Origin: Mobula hypostoma
Taxonomy: Eukaryota
Length of the DNA stretch: 64,000 bases
Direction: 5' to 3'
NCBI RefSeq assembly: GCF_963921235.1
Contig: NC_086108.1
Span: forward strand, 69,938,001-70,002,000
This document shows, piece after piece, positions 27,601-36,999 of this stretch (its first letter is position 1; each line of letters starts with the position of its first letter). A model generated the notes under the pieces. That model ran no database searches. It was not told the origin of the DNA and was given only the letters and a program-made list of their open reading frames with translations. Made by a program: the position numbers and the translations under genes.

Positions 27601-30600
27601 GCTGTGTACCTCCCGGCTACTGCTGCGTTCTTCGCGGCAATGTATCGGGTCGGCGGCCCGGAGGGTGGGGGCCACTGCACCACCCAGCCTGCGACGACTC
27701 AGTCTAACACACCATCATCAGTTTTCTCGGCAAGCTGTCTTCCCGATTCCGTTAAGTGATACTAGACTGTACGTACAGTATTTCTACTTTATATAGCCTG
27801 TGTATTTTAACGTGTTATTTGGTAGATTTGGCAGCCTCAGTTTAAAGGTTGCTGGAGAGCACGTTTATGCCAACAGCGCTTGCGTGAGATTTTCGCTACA
27901 GAGATCCCTGCAGGCAATCGTTGTAGAGAAGTATTTCTACTTTATATAGGCTGTGTATTTATCATATCATTCCTGCTTTTACTATAGGTTACTGTTATTT
28001 TAGGTTTTATGTGTTATTTGTCATGATTTGGTAGGTTATTTTTGGGTCTGCGAACACTCACAAAGTTTTCCCATATAAATAAATGGTAATTGCTTCTTCG
28101 CTTTACAACATTTCGGCTTACGAACCGTTTCATAGGAACGCTCTACCTTCGGATGGCGGGGTAAACCAGTAGATAGAGTGGATAGCCAGCGCCTCTTCTC
28201 CAGAGCACACTGCTCAATACAAGAGGACATGGCTTTAAGGTAAGGGGTGGGAAGTTCAAGGGGGATATTAGAGGAAGGTTTTTTTTACTCAGAGAGTGGT
28301 TGGTGCATGGAATGCACTGCCTGAGTAGGTGGTGGAGGCAGGTACACTCGTGAAGTTTAAGAGACTACTAGACAGGTATATGGAGGAATTTAAGGTAGGG
28401 GAGTTATATGGGAGGCAGGGTTTGAGGGTCGGCACAACACTGTGGGTCGAAGGGCCTGTAATGTGCTGTACTGTTCTATGTTTTATGTAACAAAAAGCAT
28501 CAGCAGTTTTTGAGACATAAACACAACAGATTCTGCAGGTGCTGGAAACCCTGGGCAACACACACAAAATGCTGGAGGCATTTGAAACCTTTCATCAGAA
28601 CTAGGAAGGAAGGGAGGGAGCAGAAGCTGGAATATGGAGGAGAGAGGGGAAATGAGTAAGACAGCGTAATTGTTAGCACAATGCTACTACGGCCCAGGGT
28701 GTCCAAGTTCAATTCTGATGTCTTCTGTTAGAAAAAGTCTGTGCGTTCTTCCCGTGAGGGCACAGTTTTCTCCAAGTGCTCCAGTTTCCTCCCAGAATCC
28801 AAAGACGTACTGGTTAATTGTCCTGTGATTAGGCTAGCTTTAAATAGTTGGGTTGCTGGGAGGTGCAGCTCATTGAGCTGGAAGGGCCCTGTTTCACACT
28901 GTATCTCTAAGTGAATGAATGAAAAATTAAATCACAATGATATGTTGCATGGCAGGTTTTGAGAAGCGCTATCTTTTGATGTGCAGTGAGGGAACATGGA
29001 ACATGAGATGTGCATAAAGGAAGTTGATAACACATGTTCTCCTTAACTATGAGGTTGACATATTGTGAAGCTGACATCACAAGCTCTGAGAATTAACAAA
29101 AAGTGGAGAATTGTTATTTTAAAGAATTGTTCAACAAGTAAATGTCATTACACATCTACAATTTCCAGTGTTAGAGAAAATGAATGATAGTGATTTATTT
29201 TAATATCAAAGGGGTACTTACTCTTTAAAATACTTTGAGGAATAGATCTATCATCCAAGGATGAGCACGTCACAGTACTTATGCCATTTGAGGCAAAGAA
29301 CACGATATCTTCACAAAACTAATAGCAAATGGCACATCTCCATAAAACAGTACAGCACAAGATTAGGCCCTTCTGTTGTACCAAATTTCTATTCTATTGT
29401 ATTTGTTTCCATATTCCACCCGAGGCAGCACCCACTACTCTGTAAATAAATTTGATCCACAAATTTCCTTTGAACTTTCTCACCTCAAATGCATGCCCCC
29501 GAGTATTAGGCATTTCAACTCTGAGAAAGTGATACCAGTGGTCTGTCTGCTCTATCTATACCTCAGCATAACCTTCCAAAGTACACTTTTGATCAGGTTA
29601 AACTCCATCTTGCATATTTACAACAGATCTATATTTTGCTATATGCTTAGCACTATCATTTACATTACCTGCAATACCAATTTTTGTAGTTGGCAAACTT
29701 ACTAACCCACTCATCCAAGTCATTTATATAACAAATAATAGAGGCCCCCAGTATGGATCCCTGCAGAACACTAGTCACGGACCTCCAGCCAGAATAAGTC
29801 CCATTGACCTTGTCTTCGATGGGTAAGCCAATCCTGAACCTTAACAGCCAAGTCACCATGCACCTTGATCTTCTGGATCAGCCTATCATAAAGGACCTTG
29901 TAGTAGGACGTGGTTTTCCAAATGCTCATAATTCCTATTGATAAGAATCCTTTTCAATAGCTTCCCTCACACTGATACGAGACTCACCTGTCTACAGTTT
30001 CCAGGATCATCCCTTTTTCCCTTTTGAATAATGCTAACATTAGCTACTTGCCAGTGCTCCAAGACTTTGCCCGTGGCTAGAGAGGACATGAAGTTAATGG
30101 TTAAGGCCCTAGCACTCATCTCTTGCCTCCCTCAATAACCTGGGGTATATCTCATTTTGAGCCCTAAGGAACTATCCATCTTATCTCCAACAGCAACTGT
30201 ATCTTTTTTTCTGCATTTAACTATATATATGTCTTGCCTAATGTTTCACTACCTTGCACAAAAATATCAGGAGTGCCACAATCATACTGCAAATCTGGCC
30301 ACAACTTTTGGGCCAACAGTTTTTAAAATTCACTTTGTGTGTGTGTGTTGCTTTATATTTCCAGCATCTGCAGATTTTCTCAGTTTTTGACAATAATTCT
30401 GCAGATAACATTTCAGTCACTTGGATCAATAAAGTTAACATAGATCTGAATTTCAGTGGACAATTTCAACTAACAAGTATTTAAAGGCTTTCAGCAACAG
30501 CTTTCATAATGCATTCTTGCCAAATGAATGGCAACAGAGAGAACCATCATACACACATGGAATAACTCCTAAAAGTCTTCAAGTTGCAGAGATAACTCCA

Positions 30601-31732
30601 TGTCTGGGCATTAGGTATATTCAGCAGCAATTGAGCAATTACAATAAAGGATGCTCAAGAGGACAGGTTTCCTCAGCACAGATGAGATTTTTAAAACAAT
30701 ATTTTTTAAATCTAGGTGATGCTTAATGAAGCACGGAACAGTTGGTAACTTTACACACTGATATCTAAGAAATACATACTGTGATATATTTTATTTTTTG
30801 CAACCTTATAAACATATATAATATATAAAAAAGCATCCCAGCTAACGTATATTAACTAAGAGATTAGCAACTCACAATTGTCACAAGCAAATTCAAGGTC
30901 GACCATTCCTTGAATTATAAATGTTAGTCATTGTTATTTCCAAACATATTTTACTCACAAATATTCTCTCAACAAAATCCTGCTGATAATCCAATTTTCT
31001 AAATAATTTCCGGATATCGTCACACTACAGAGTTGGGAAATGTTCATATAGTAGTAATCGCTTAGCAAATGAAATACGCCAGTAACGAAACGGGACTAAA
31101 ATGAAAACGTTGGAGCATATAATTGCCTGTGAAAAATAATTAAAATATTCCCCAATTCAGTTCGGGGCTGCTACTTGGAAATCATATAACCATTACTTAA
31201 ACAGCAGTCATTGCGTCTTCTGGTGTCCTAAAAGATCTGAGGTTATCAATGAAAATCTAATGAACTCCGATCTGAGTGCCTTCCAGAAGCAATCCTCAAC
31301 TTGCATCCTGATCTTCGTTGTAACTAAATGATAAAACTTCTCCGTGGGAAAGATCTGTCAAAGACATCTTCCTCCGATTTTTGGATCGTTCACTATCAGT
31401 TCCCACATTTATGTCCCACAAATGATTTAACATGAGTGTTTTTTCAGTGACATAAAAAAGAAAATTTGCCATCCTTCTTGGAGGCGAAACTCGCCCTCTG
31501 ACTTTGGCAGGCCACTCTCTCCCTATCCATCGCTGGCCGGTGTAGGCCCTAAAGAGAATGGCACGGCCACCACCGCTCCTTACCTGTACTCTTTGGGGTC
31601 ACTAGGAGATTTGACAATGTCTGAATCGCCTCGGTTATTCTCGGGCTTAAATTCCTCCTCCTCCTCCGAACCACTATCTACATTCTGGCCCGAGTCTCTG
31701 GTGGCCGTTTTGGACTTGTTCCTGACCGGCAT
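3556..31732 (-). CDS. NRDC: Nardilysin (N-arginine dibasic convertase), M16A zinc metallopeptidase; 5' part of gene, exons 1-11 (join 31584-31732, 24007-24232, 21462-21543, 16618-16771, 10348-10421, 10121-10216, 9912-10034, 8272-8329, 7200-7273, 5726-5795, 3556-3633); continues beyond left edge
   Basis: Manually spliced exons all have GT-AG boundaries and compatible phases (1184 nt). They translate to MPVRNKSKT...[20 protein letters not shown]...acidic stretch...[59 protein letters not shown]...[23 protein letters not shown], which I recognise as vertebrate nardilysin (HXXEH inverzincin motif plus acidic insert). Confidence 0.97.
4100..5420 (+). mobile_element. Highly degraded CR1 LINE ORF2 fragment
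   Basis: Remnants of [19 protein letters not shown] and DF.KAFDK.PH motifs; boundaries approximate. Confidence 0.6.
5726..5795 (-). CDS. NRDC: NRDC exon 10
   Basis: ttgcag|(V)[24 protein letters not shown]|gtatag. Confidence 0.93.
7200..7273 (-). CDS. NRDC: NRDC exon 9
   Basis: atgaag|(N)[25 protein letters not shown]|gtatgt (weak AAG acceptor). Confidence 0.92.
8272..8329 (-). CDS. NRDC: NRDC exon 8
   Basis: ttgcag|(E)[20 protein letters not shown]|gtagga. Confidence 0.93.
9912..10034 (-). CDS. NRDC: NRDC exon 7
   Basis: caacag|(G)[41 protein letters not shown]|gtgaat. Confidence 0.95.
10121..10216 (-). CDS. NRDC: NRDC exon 6
   Basis: tttcag|(E)[32 protein letters not shown]|gtaaga. Confidence 0.95.
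10348..10421 (-). CDS. NRDC: NRDC exon 5
   Basis: tttcag|(R)[25 protein letters not shown]|gtaatg. Confidence 0.95.
10990..11155. repeat. Penelope-derived palindromic repeat carrying a hammerhead-like core
   Basis: Inverted arms acacaaaatgctggaggagctcagcaggtc / gacctgctgagtccctccagcattttgtgt; minus strand reads CTGATGAAGGGTCTCTGTCTGAAAC at 11059-11083. Confidence 0.65.
16618..16771 (-). CDS. NRDC: NRDC exon 4
   Basis: ttgcag|(M)[52 protein letters not shown]|gtaagc. Confidence 0.97.
17146..17922 (-). mobile_element. Non-autonomous Tc1/pogo (Tigger-like) DNA transposon
   Basis: ta|cagtggattccatttgattggg ... caattaacgagaatgcacta TIRs; same family as 45249-46036 in opposite orientation. Confidence 0.7.
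17945..20230 (-). mobile_element. CR1 LINE remnants (3' end plus RT region)
   Basis: Minus-strand ORF fragments [38 protein letters not shown]1 3' UTR (aatggcctaattctgctc) near 17950. Confidence 0.8.
20656..21100 (+). mobile_element. Hero-clade (RLE-encoding) non-LTR retrotransposon 3' fragment
   Basis: Encodes [30 protein letters not shown]...LLKELG...[19 protein letters not shown], the typical C-terminus of Hero-like restriction-like endonuclease ORFs; right boundary approximate. Confidence 0.75.
21462..21543 (-). CDS. NRDC: NRDC exon 3 (zinc-binding HFLEH)
   Basis: ttgtag|[28 protein letters not shown]|gtgagt; too short for the ORF track. Confidence 0.97.
22215..23607 (-). mobile_element. 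Rex1/Babar non-LTR retrotransposon, 5'-truncated
   Basis: ORF fragments [11 protein letters not shown]...[25 protein letters not shown]...[17 protein letters not shown]; (TTTGAAC)n-like tail at the left end. Confidence 0.85.
24007..24232 (-). CDS. NRDC: NRDC exon 2 (acidic domain)
   Basis: tttcag|G TAT ATC AAA... [17 protein letters not shown]...[10 protein letters not shown]...KKKSEKQ|gtaaat. Confidence 0.95.
24620..26138 (+). mobile_element. CR1 LINE: ORF1 esterase C-terminus and ORF2 endonuclease region
   Basis: [24 protein letters not shown]...[15 protein letters not shown] (ORF1 end); [39 protein letters not shown] (APE); breaks at VLNEYFSS. Confidence 0.9.
26403..27044 (+). mobile_element. 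Young 5'-truncated CR1 LINE
   Basis: Uninterrupted ORF2 C-terminus ([19 protein letters not shown]...[13 protein letters not shown]...[14 protein letters not shown]), 3' UTR and (TTCTATGT)n tail; flanked by gaaac at 26398-26402 and 27045-27049. Confidence 0.92.
27390..27631. repeat. Long inverted repeat (about 109-bp arms, 24-nt loop)
   Basis: 27390-27498 is the near-perfect reverse complement of 27523-27631. Confidence 0.9.
28170..28488 (+). mobile_element. 3' end of the host CR1 LINE
   Basis: DRVDSQRLF...[13 protein letters not shown]...[14 protein letters not shown], tail ctgtactgttctatgttttatgt. Confidence 0.85.
28660..28925 (+). mobile_element. V-SINE (HE1-like)
   Basis: tRNA-like head (gttcaattc B-box) followed by the V-domain core ttttctccaagtgctccagtttcctcccagaatccaaagac. 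Confidence 0.7.
29340..30190 (-). mobile_element. CR1 LINE fragments
   Basis: Minus strand [17 protein letters not shown]...YINDLDE..SKFA RT motif and a CR1 3'-end-like sequence near 29345. Confidence 0.7.
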
Positions 31733-32110
31733 AACCAGGCCGCGCCGCTCACGCCAGGAGACGGAGAACGTGCTCACAGCAGCCCGCTGACTCCCGCACG
31801 CCGCCGAAAGCCTCGGCCCAAACCTCCGGCCAACCAAACTTGCAAACGACGTAAATAATGCAAAGGATCCTTTAAAAGACGTAACCAGTGCCGTGATAAG
31901 GTCCAGACAAGAGCCGGGTGTGAATGGGAGAGGATGCAGCGTGGCACGGGATCTCCAGCAGGAAGACGTTCTCGCTGACCCCTACCTGACCCCGCCGTTT
32001 CCACTCATCGCCAGCCAAACCGTTCACGGCATGATCCCGCCCACCAGATGGCCATTGGTGCTTATATATAAAACGACAAATCTATACGGCTGTCCGGCAC
32101 GTCAATCATG
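31480..32110 (-). promoter_or_regulatory. CpG-island-like promoter / 5' region of NRDC
   Basis: Local jump in GC and CpG content against the CpG-depleted background, spanning exon 1 and its upstream region; TATATATAA at about 32062-32071 and CRE-like CACGTCA at about 32098-32104. Confidence 0.7.
31584..31732 (-). CDS. NRDC: NRDC exon 1 coding part (from first in-frame ATG)
   Basis: [49 protein letters not shown](R); donor AG|gtaagg; matches mammalian MPGRNK...[12 protein letters not shown]. The true start may lie upstream (see findings). Confidence 0.9.
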
Positions 32111-32499
32111 AACATAACATTAGGCTGCAGGGTAGCTATTGTCAGTGTTTAAAGGTAGTCCGGTAAACTCAGTTACCCTTAGCCTCAGAAGAGCTTCTGT
32201 TAACTTATTCTTTTTATGTCAATTTACACATGTAACATTTAAGATGTGACCCTAGTTTAATGTCGTAGAGCACAACTTATTCAGAAAACGGTTTTATTTA
32301 GTCTCACGTGCAAAATTTGTGACTAAGAGAAAAGGGACGGGGAGCTCCAGCCGGTACTAATTCTGAATTTCGAGAAAATGTAAAATGCCTTGTAGTTAAT
32401 ATAAAAGGTTGGGAAAATTTTAGTTTGCTTAGGTAGCATCTGTGGAAAGAGAAATGGAAACACAAAGAAATTCTCCAGATACTGGATATGTTGACCTCG

Positions 32500-32882
32500 A
32501 AGGGGACCACAAACTCGTCTTTGGGTTTGGAGGCTTTGGTGCCTCAGTGACCTGGAGAACTACTTTGGCTGGAGTCGGGGCTCTTAGTGGGTCATCAATG
32601 CCAAATAGGTCAAAGGGTAGAGGCCAGACTAAGAGACCGGTCCTCCAGGTTCGGGGGCTCAGCTCAGGGCTAACAACCCTGACTGGGAAAAAAGAACAAA
32701 ACTATTACGGAAACAACAATGAGAATCCTTCTACACCTGAGTCTCCACCCAGTACTCGTGTGACTGACAGTAGAGAAACCCCGAGGAAGCTACTGCCATG
32801 ATGAAGGAAGTCCTAAACACCGCGAGAGATGGAGGATTTTCATTGCTGCCCTAAACGCCAGGGGTGTAACAGGCAGTAAGTG
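32500..32882 (+). mobile_element. Non-autonomous RTE-derived element
   Basis: RTE-like 5' leader (ggtcctccaggttcgggggctcagctcagggctaacaaccctg) fused to an RTE-like 3' end (RERWRIFIAALNARGVTGS, agtaagt tail). Confidence 0.55.
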
Positions 32883-32894
32883 GAACTGCAGAGC

Positions 32895-33085
32895 TACACA
32901 CTCAAAATGCTGGAGAAATTCCGCAAGTCAGGCAGCATCTATCAATGGAAGGAAATAAACAGTTGACGTTTAAGGCTGAGACCCTTCATCAGGACTCTGC
33001 CCCTTTCCTTTCCATTTCTGATGAAGGGCGTCAGCCCATCGATTGTTAAATTCCCCACCATGGACGCTGCCCGACTTGCTGGGTT
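32895..33085. repeat. Penelope-derived palindromic repeat with two inverted hammerhead-like cores
   Basis: Minus 32960-32996 AGTCCTGATGAAGGGTCTCAGCCTTAAACGTCAACTG; plus 33018-33037 CTGATGAAGGGCGTCAGCCC; flanked by inverted arms. Confidence 0.65.
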
Positions 33086-34984
33086 ATACCAAATAGAAAC
33101 CAAGTTAATGTTTCAGGCCCAAGACCCGTCATTAATGTTTTTTTTCTGTTTTTCTTGCCATGAACACAACCCCTCTTTCTGGGTGATCCACGCTCTTTTT
33201 TTATTTCAGATTTCCAACATATGTGATATTTGTTGTTAACAAATCTCTGCATTAATCCTGGCTTTATCCACCATTCATCAGTGAGACATTAGGATGAGGT
33301 TTGAGAAATTTAAGTTGCCTTATACTGTGCAGAACGTTCAGTATCAGTTTTTAAAACCATGCTCAAGACAGACTCACCATAGAAATGATAAGGGAATGCA
33401 AACTTTATGGCACTGGATTTTACTGCTGCAAACTTCCTGCCTCTGGTCACCATTCACTTCATTTACTTCAGTCAAATCTGTAAGGCTGATCTTGCTTCAG
33501 CCAGGCAATTCCAGAACCAAGTAATGAGGCATAAAAACAGAAATTGCTGGAAATAATCAGTAGGTCAGGCAGCATCTGTGAAAGAGCACTAATCTTTCAA
33601 GTCATGGTCTAAAATGCTGGATAAAGTTAGTGAGTAGAGGAGCACCAGTCGGGGAAGAAGGTATTGTCAACATTTCAGGTCAAAATCCTGCATCAGACAA
33701 TCCACCAATCCTGATACAAGGTTCTGACTCCTGAAACATCCTCCTTCCCCCTCTCCCACCCCCACAGATGTTCAACCCACTGAGTTCCTCCAGAAAACTT
33801 GCCTTTGTTTCAGTCATTTGCAGAGTCTTGTGTTTCCATTGTCCTGAAATGTTGGTCTATTAATTCTGTTCCTTTTTCTATAAATGCTACCTGACCTGGA
33901 TGAATAAATGGCAAATAAGATTCAGGTCTCCTTCTGTGGTAACGATTCTCTTCTATGATTAAATTTCAGTGATTCATGTACAGAGATATCCAAGACCTTT
34001 TGAACTCATGTGTGGAACTTAACAGTATTTTAAAGCTAAACAGTAGGCATTTTCCTGCAAAATCCAGTTTGTATTTATTCATTGCATCATGGAGATGTCT
34101 GGCAGTGTCATATTTATTGTCTACACCTCCTTGCTTTCACAGGAAGTGCTTAGTCTTAAATCATAGCCTTCCATGGAGTAAGCAAGAAATTTAAAGCTTT
34201 TAGTGCTGTGCTAAAGGATTAGTGGTTTTTATAAACAAGTTTAGAAGATGCTTGGCTGTGATAGGAACTTGTAGGTGATGATGCTCCCTTGATATGGCTT
34301 GTTGTCCTCAATGGTAAAGGCTGTAATGAAGGAAAGTGTCTATAAATACCAATGCTGGGTTTAAATCTGAAATAGCGACAATTCCTTCCCCTGACAGACC
34401 CTGTTCAAATCTGTTGAGTTCCTCTAGCAGATTATTTGTTGCTCCAGATTCCAGCACCTGCTCTCTCATGTCTTTCTAGCTGCACAATGAGCAAGAAGTC
34501 TTCCAGCACTCTATAGGCTGCATTTTCGTTTAGCCATTTCTGCATAATTGAAGGTCCTTAAGGCATGACTCTGTGAGACTACGCTCATGTTCTCAAGATA
34601 ACATTCCACATGTTTGAACAGAGATTATGCATAGCTGCATGCAACTGATAAAAACAGAAGTAGAATAAATTAGTGTAGATTTAAAGCGGTAGCAGCATTG
34701 GGAAGCTTTCTGAAGTCATAATGGAATTACACTCACATATGATATACATCAATCTAAACAGTCTTGTAACTTTCAAAAGTTCAGAATTAGAATGTGTAGA
34801 ATGTGATTAGAATAGCGACTGCATTTTTTACAAAGGTTTTCAAGAACACCTGTTAGACCTACATTGGGTTTCAAATAAAGTTCCTTTTCTGTTAAGCAAT
34901 TCTTCTCATCTTTGATTTCATTATTATTACCATTTTTTCTATCCTTTTTCTCTAAAGTTTTCATCTTCCCTTCATCCTCCTTAA

Positions 34985-35670
34985 CATAGAATAATACATC
35001 ACAGGAACAGGCTCTTTGTCCCACGATGTATGTGCCGACCAGTATGCAACCTAAACCAATGCCATTTGCCTGTCTAAGTGCTTCTCAAACATTGCTATCA
35101 TATATGCCTCCATTACTTCTGCTAGCATCATATTCCAGCTACCTCTTTGTATGGAAAAAAAACTTATCTTGTAAATCTTATTTAAACTTTCCTCCCTCTC
35201 ACCTTAAAACTATAGCTTATAGAATTTGACATTTCCATCCTAGGAAAACAGACTCTGGCTGTCTACTTTATCTGTCCCTCTCATAATTTTATATACTTCT
35301 ATCAGGTCACCTCTCGGCCTTTGACGCTCCAGCGAAAACAATCCAAGTCTGTCTAAGCCCTCCCCTTATAGCTAATACTCTTTATTCCAGGTAACATCCT
35401 CTTCTGCAGCTCTCCAAAGCTCCCATATCTTTCCTATACTGCAGCATCCAGATCTGCTGACAGTACTCCAAATGTGACCTAACCAAAATTTTGTACAGCT
35501 GCAATGTGACTTCCCTGGTTTTATATATTCTCAACACTCCAACTGATGAAGGCAAGTATCCTTTTTTCCCCCCATGCTATCTTCATGTTTTGCCACTTTC
35601 ACAGAACAACAGACTTGCATCCCAAGATCTCTCTGTACATTAAAGCACTTCAGGGTCCTACCATTTACTT
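34985..35670 (-). mobile_element. CR1 LINE 3' fragment
   Basis: Reverse complement of the CR1 ORF2 C-terminus (LYKILVRSHLEYC, RGDLIEVYKIM) and 3' tail. Confidence 0.75.
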
Positions 35671-36013
35671 TTAATCTGGATGTGTTTTTTCATCCCAATA
35701 TCAGAAGACTTATCCAGCTGCTACAACTTTTAAAAACTAAGCCTTGAATCCTTTCTTAATTTACTTTTGTCTTCCCATTTTTTGTTTGCGGCTATTCACA
35801 GAAAGGACCCTGGCTGATGTTACAAAGTTAAAGAGGAGTTGGGACATCAATAAATGTCATGAATCTTATTTGAATAGTGACCAAACACTTGAATGTTTCT
35901 TCAAATGTAGTCAGCCAAAAAATTCCTATGTACATACATTTATATTGAGTTCTTCTGTAATTTTGTTTTAAGATGTTGTTTTCCAAGTTCTACTACACTC
36001 ATTTTTAATTAAT

Positions 36014-36378
36014 TAATGGCTCCGTCTGTCTAAGTAGACAATGGATGCGCCCAGTTTAGGACTCAATTGGGTGTGGAACAGTGTCGGCTGTGGCTGAATA
36101 AGCTGATTCTTGAGCTGCAGTCCTTGGCACAGCTGCTGCACACAAAGGCTGACGGCTGCCGCTGGGTAGTCACTGCCACAGCTTTCCTTCTCTCTCTTCT
36201 GTCCGACCACAGTCGAGTTCGTTTTTCCTCTGCATTGGTCATGCCTGTACGTACAGCCTGTCACCAGGTGCAGCAATTTGCAGCTGTCTCTTCCCAAGTG
36301 TCCACCCTGATATCAGCAGATTTCAGGTCACGTTGACAAACGTCCCTGTAATGCAGCAGTGGGTACCCTATGGGCCAT
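36014..36378 (-). mobile_element. RTE LINE 3' fragment
   Basis: Minus strand LHYRDVCQRDLKSADI...W, C..C..DC.SRISL.SHSRHC and RTE 3' UTR (tccattgtctacttagacagacggagcc). Confidence 0.7.
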
Positions 36379-36980
36379 GATTTTTTAAATTTCATGATTA
36401 TATAATTCTATAATATGAGTTTTCACTTCTAAATTTTAAGGCAAATTAAATCATTTAAATTAATCATGCCAAAGGTTTGTGAAAAATTTCCTAAATAATT
36501 AACTGTAACAAAAACATCATTCATTTATGCAACACCTTTTACATTGTAAAAATGTCTCATGGCACATTACACAAGTAATCTTAAATAAGCTGTCTGTGCA
36601 TTGAACAAGGGGGATATTTAAAAAGCAGCTCGTGTGAGGAATGAGAGGTGAAGATGTTTATCATACTGCAGCCAACTGCATAAAAGTACTGCAGATACAG
36701 TATCTTAGATTGCAAGCTGTAGATAGGAAAGGACAAGACCATAAAGGAATTTTAAAATTGAGCATTGCTTAAGTAGAAGTCTATGTAAGCACAAGAGTCA
36801 TGGGTGAATTAAGACAAAAGTAGCAGAAAATTGGATGATTACAGAGTGTAGAACAAGGAATATTGGCCAGAGGTATATTGGATTAGTCAAACCTGGAGGT
36901 AATTAGAAGTATAAATGAAGGTTCGATCGCACATAAGCAAAGATAGAGAAGAGCCTAGCAAAACAAAGGAGGTGGAAGCA
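36138..36980 (+). repeat. Source copy of local 840-bp direct duplication
   Basis: Near-identical to 43667-44507 throughout. Confidence 0.95.
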
Positions 36981-36999
36981 GTTAGTCTCATTGGTAGTG

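Larger units (their letters stand above)
26139..28169 (+). mobile_element. Internally deleted Tigger/pogo element (left end lost), interrupted by a young CR1
   Basis: [34 protein letters not shown] (CENP-B-like HTH start) is joined directly to an acidic Tigger C-terminus [29 protein letters not shown]; the right end ...ggcggggtaaaccag|ta has a TA target. Confidence 0.75.

Noticed and set aside
28660..28720. Possible tRNA gene
   Set aside because: Only a degenerate tRNA-derived SINE head; no cloverleaf.
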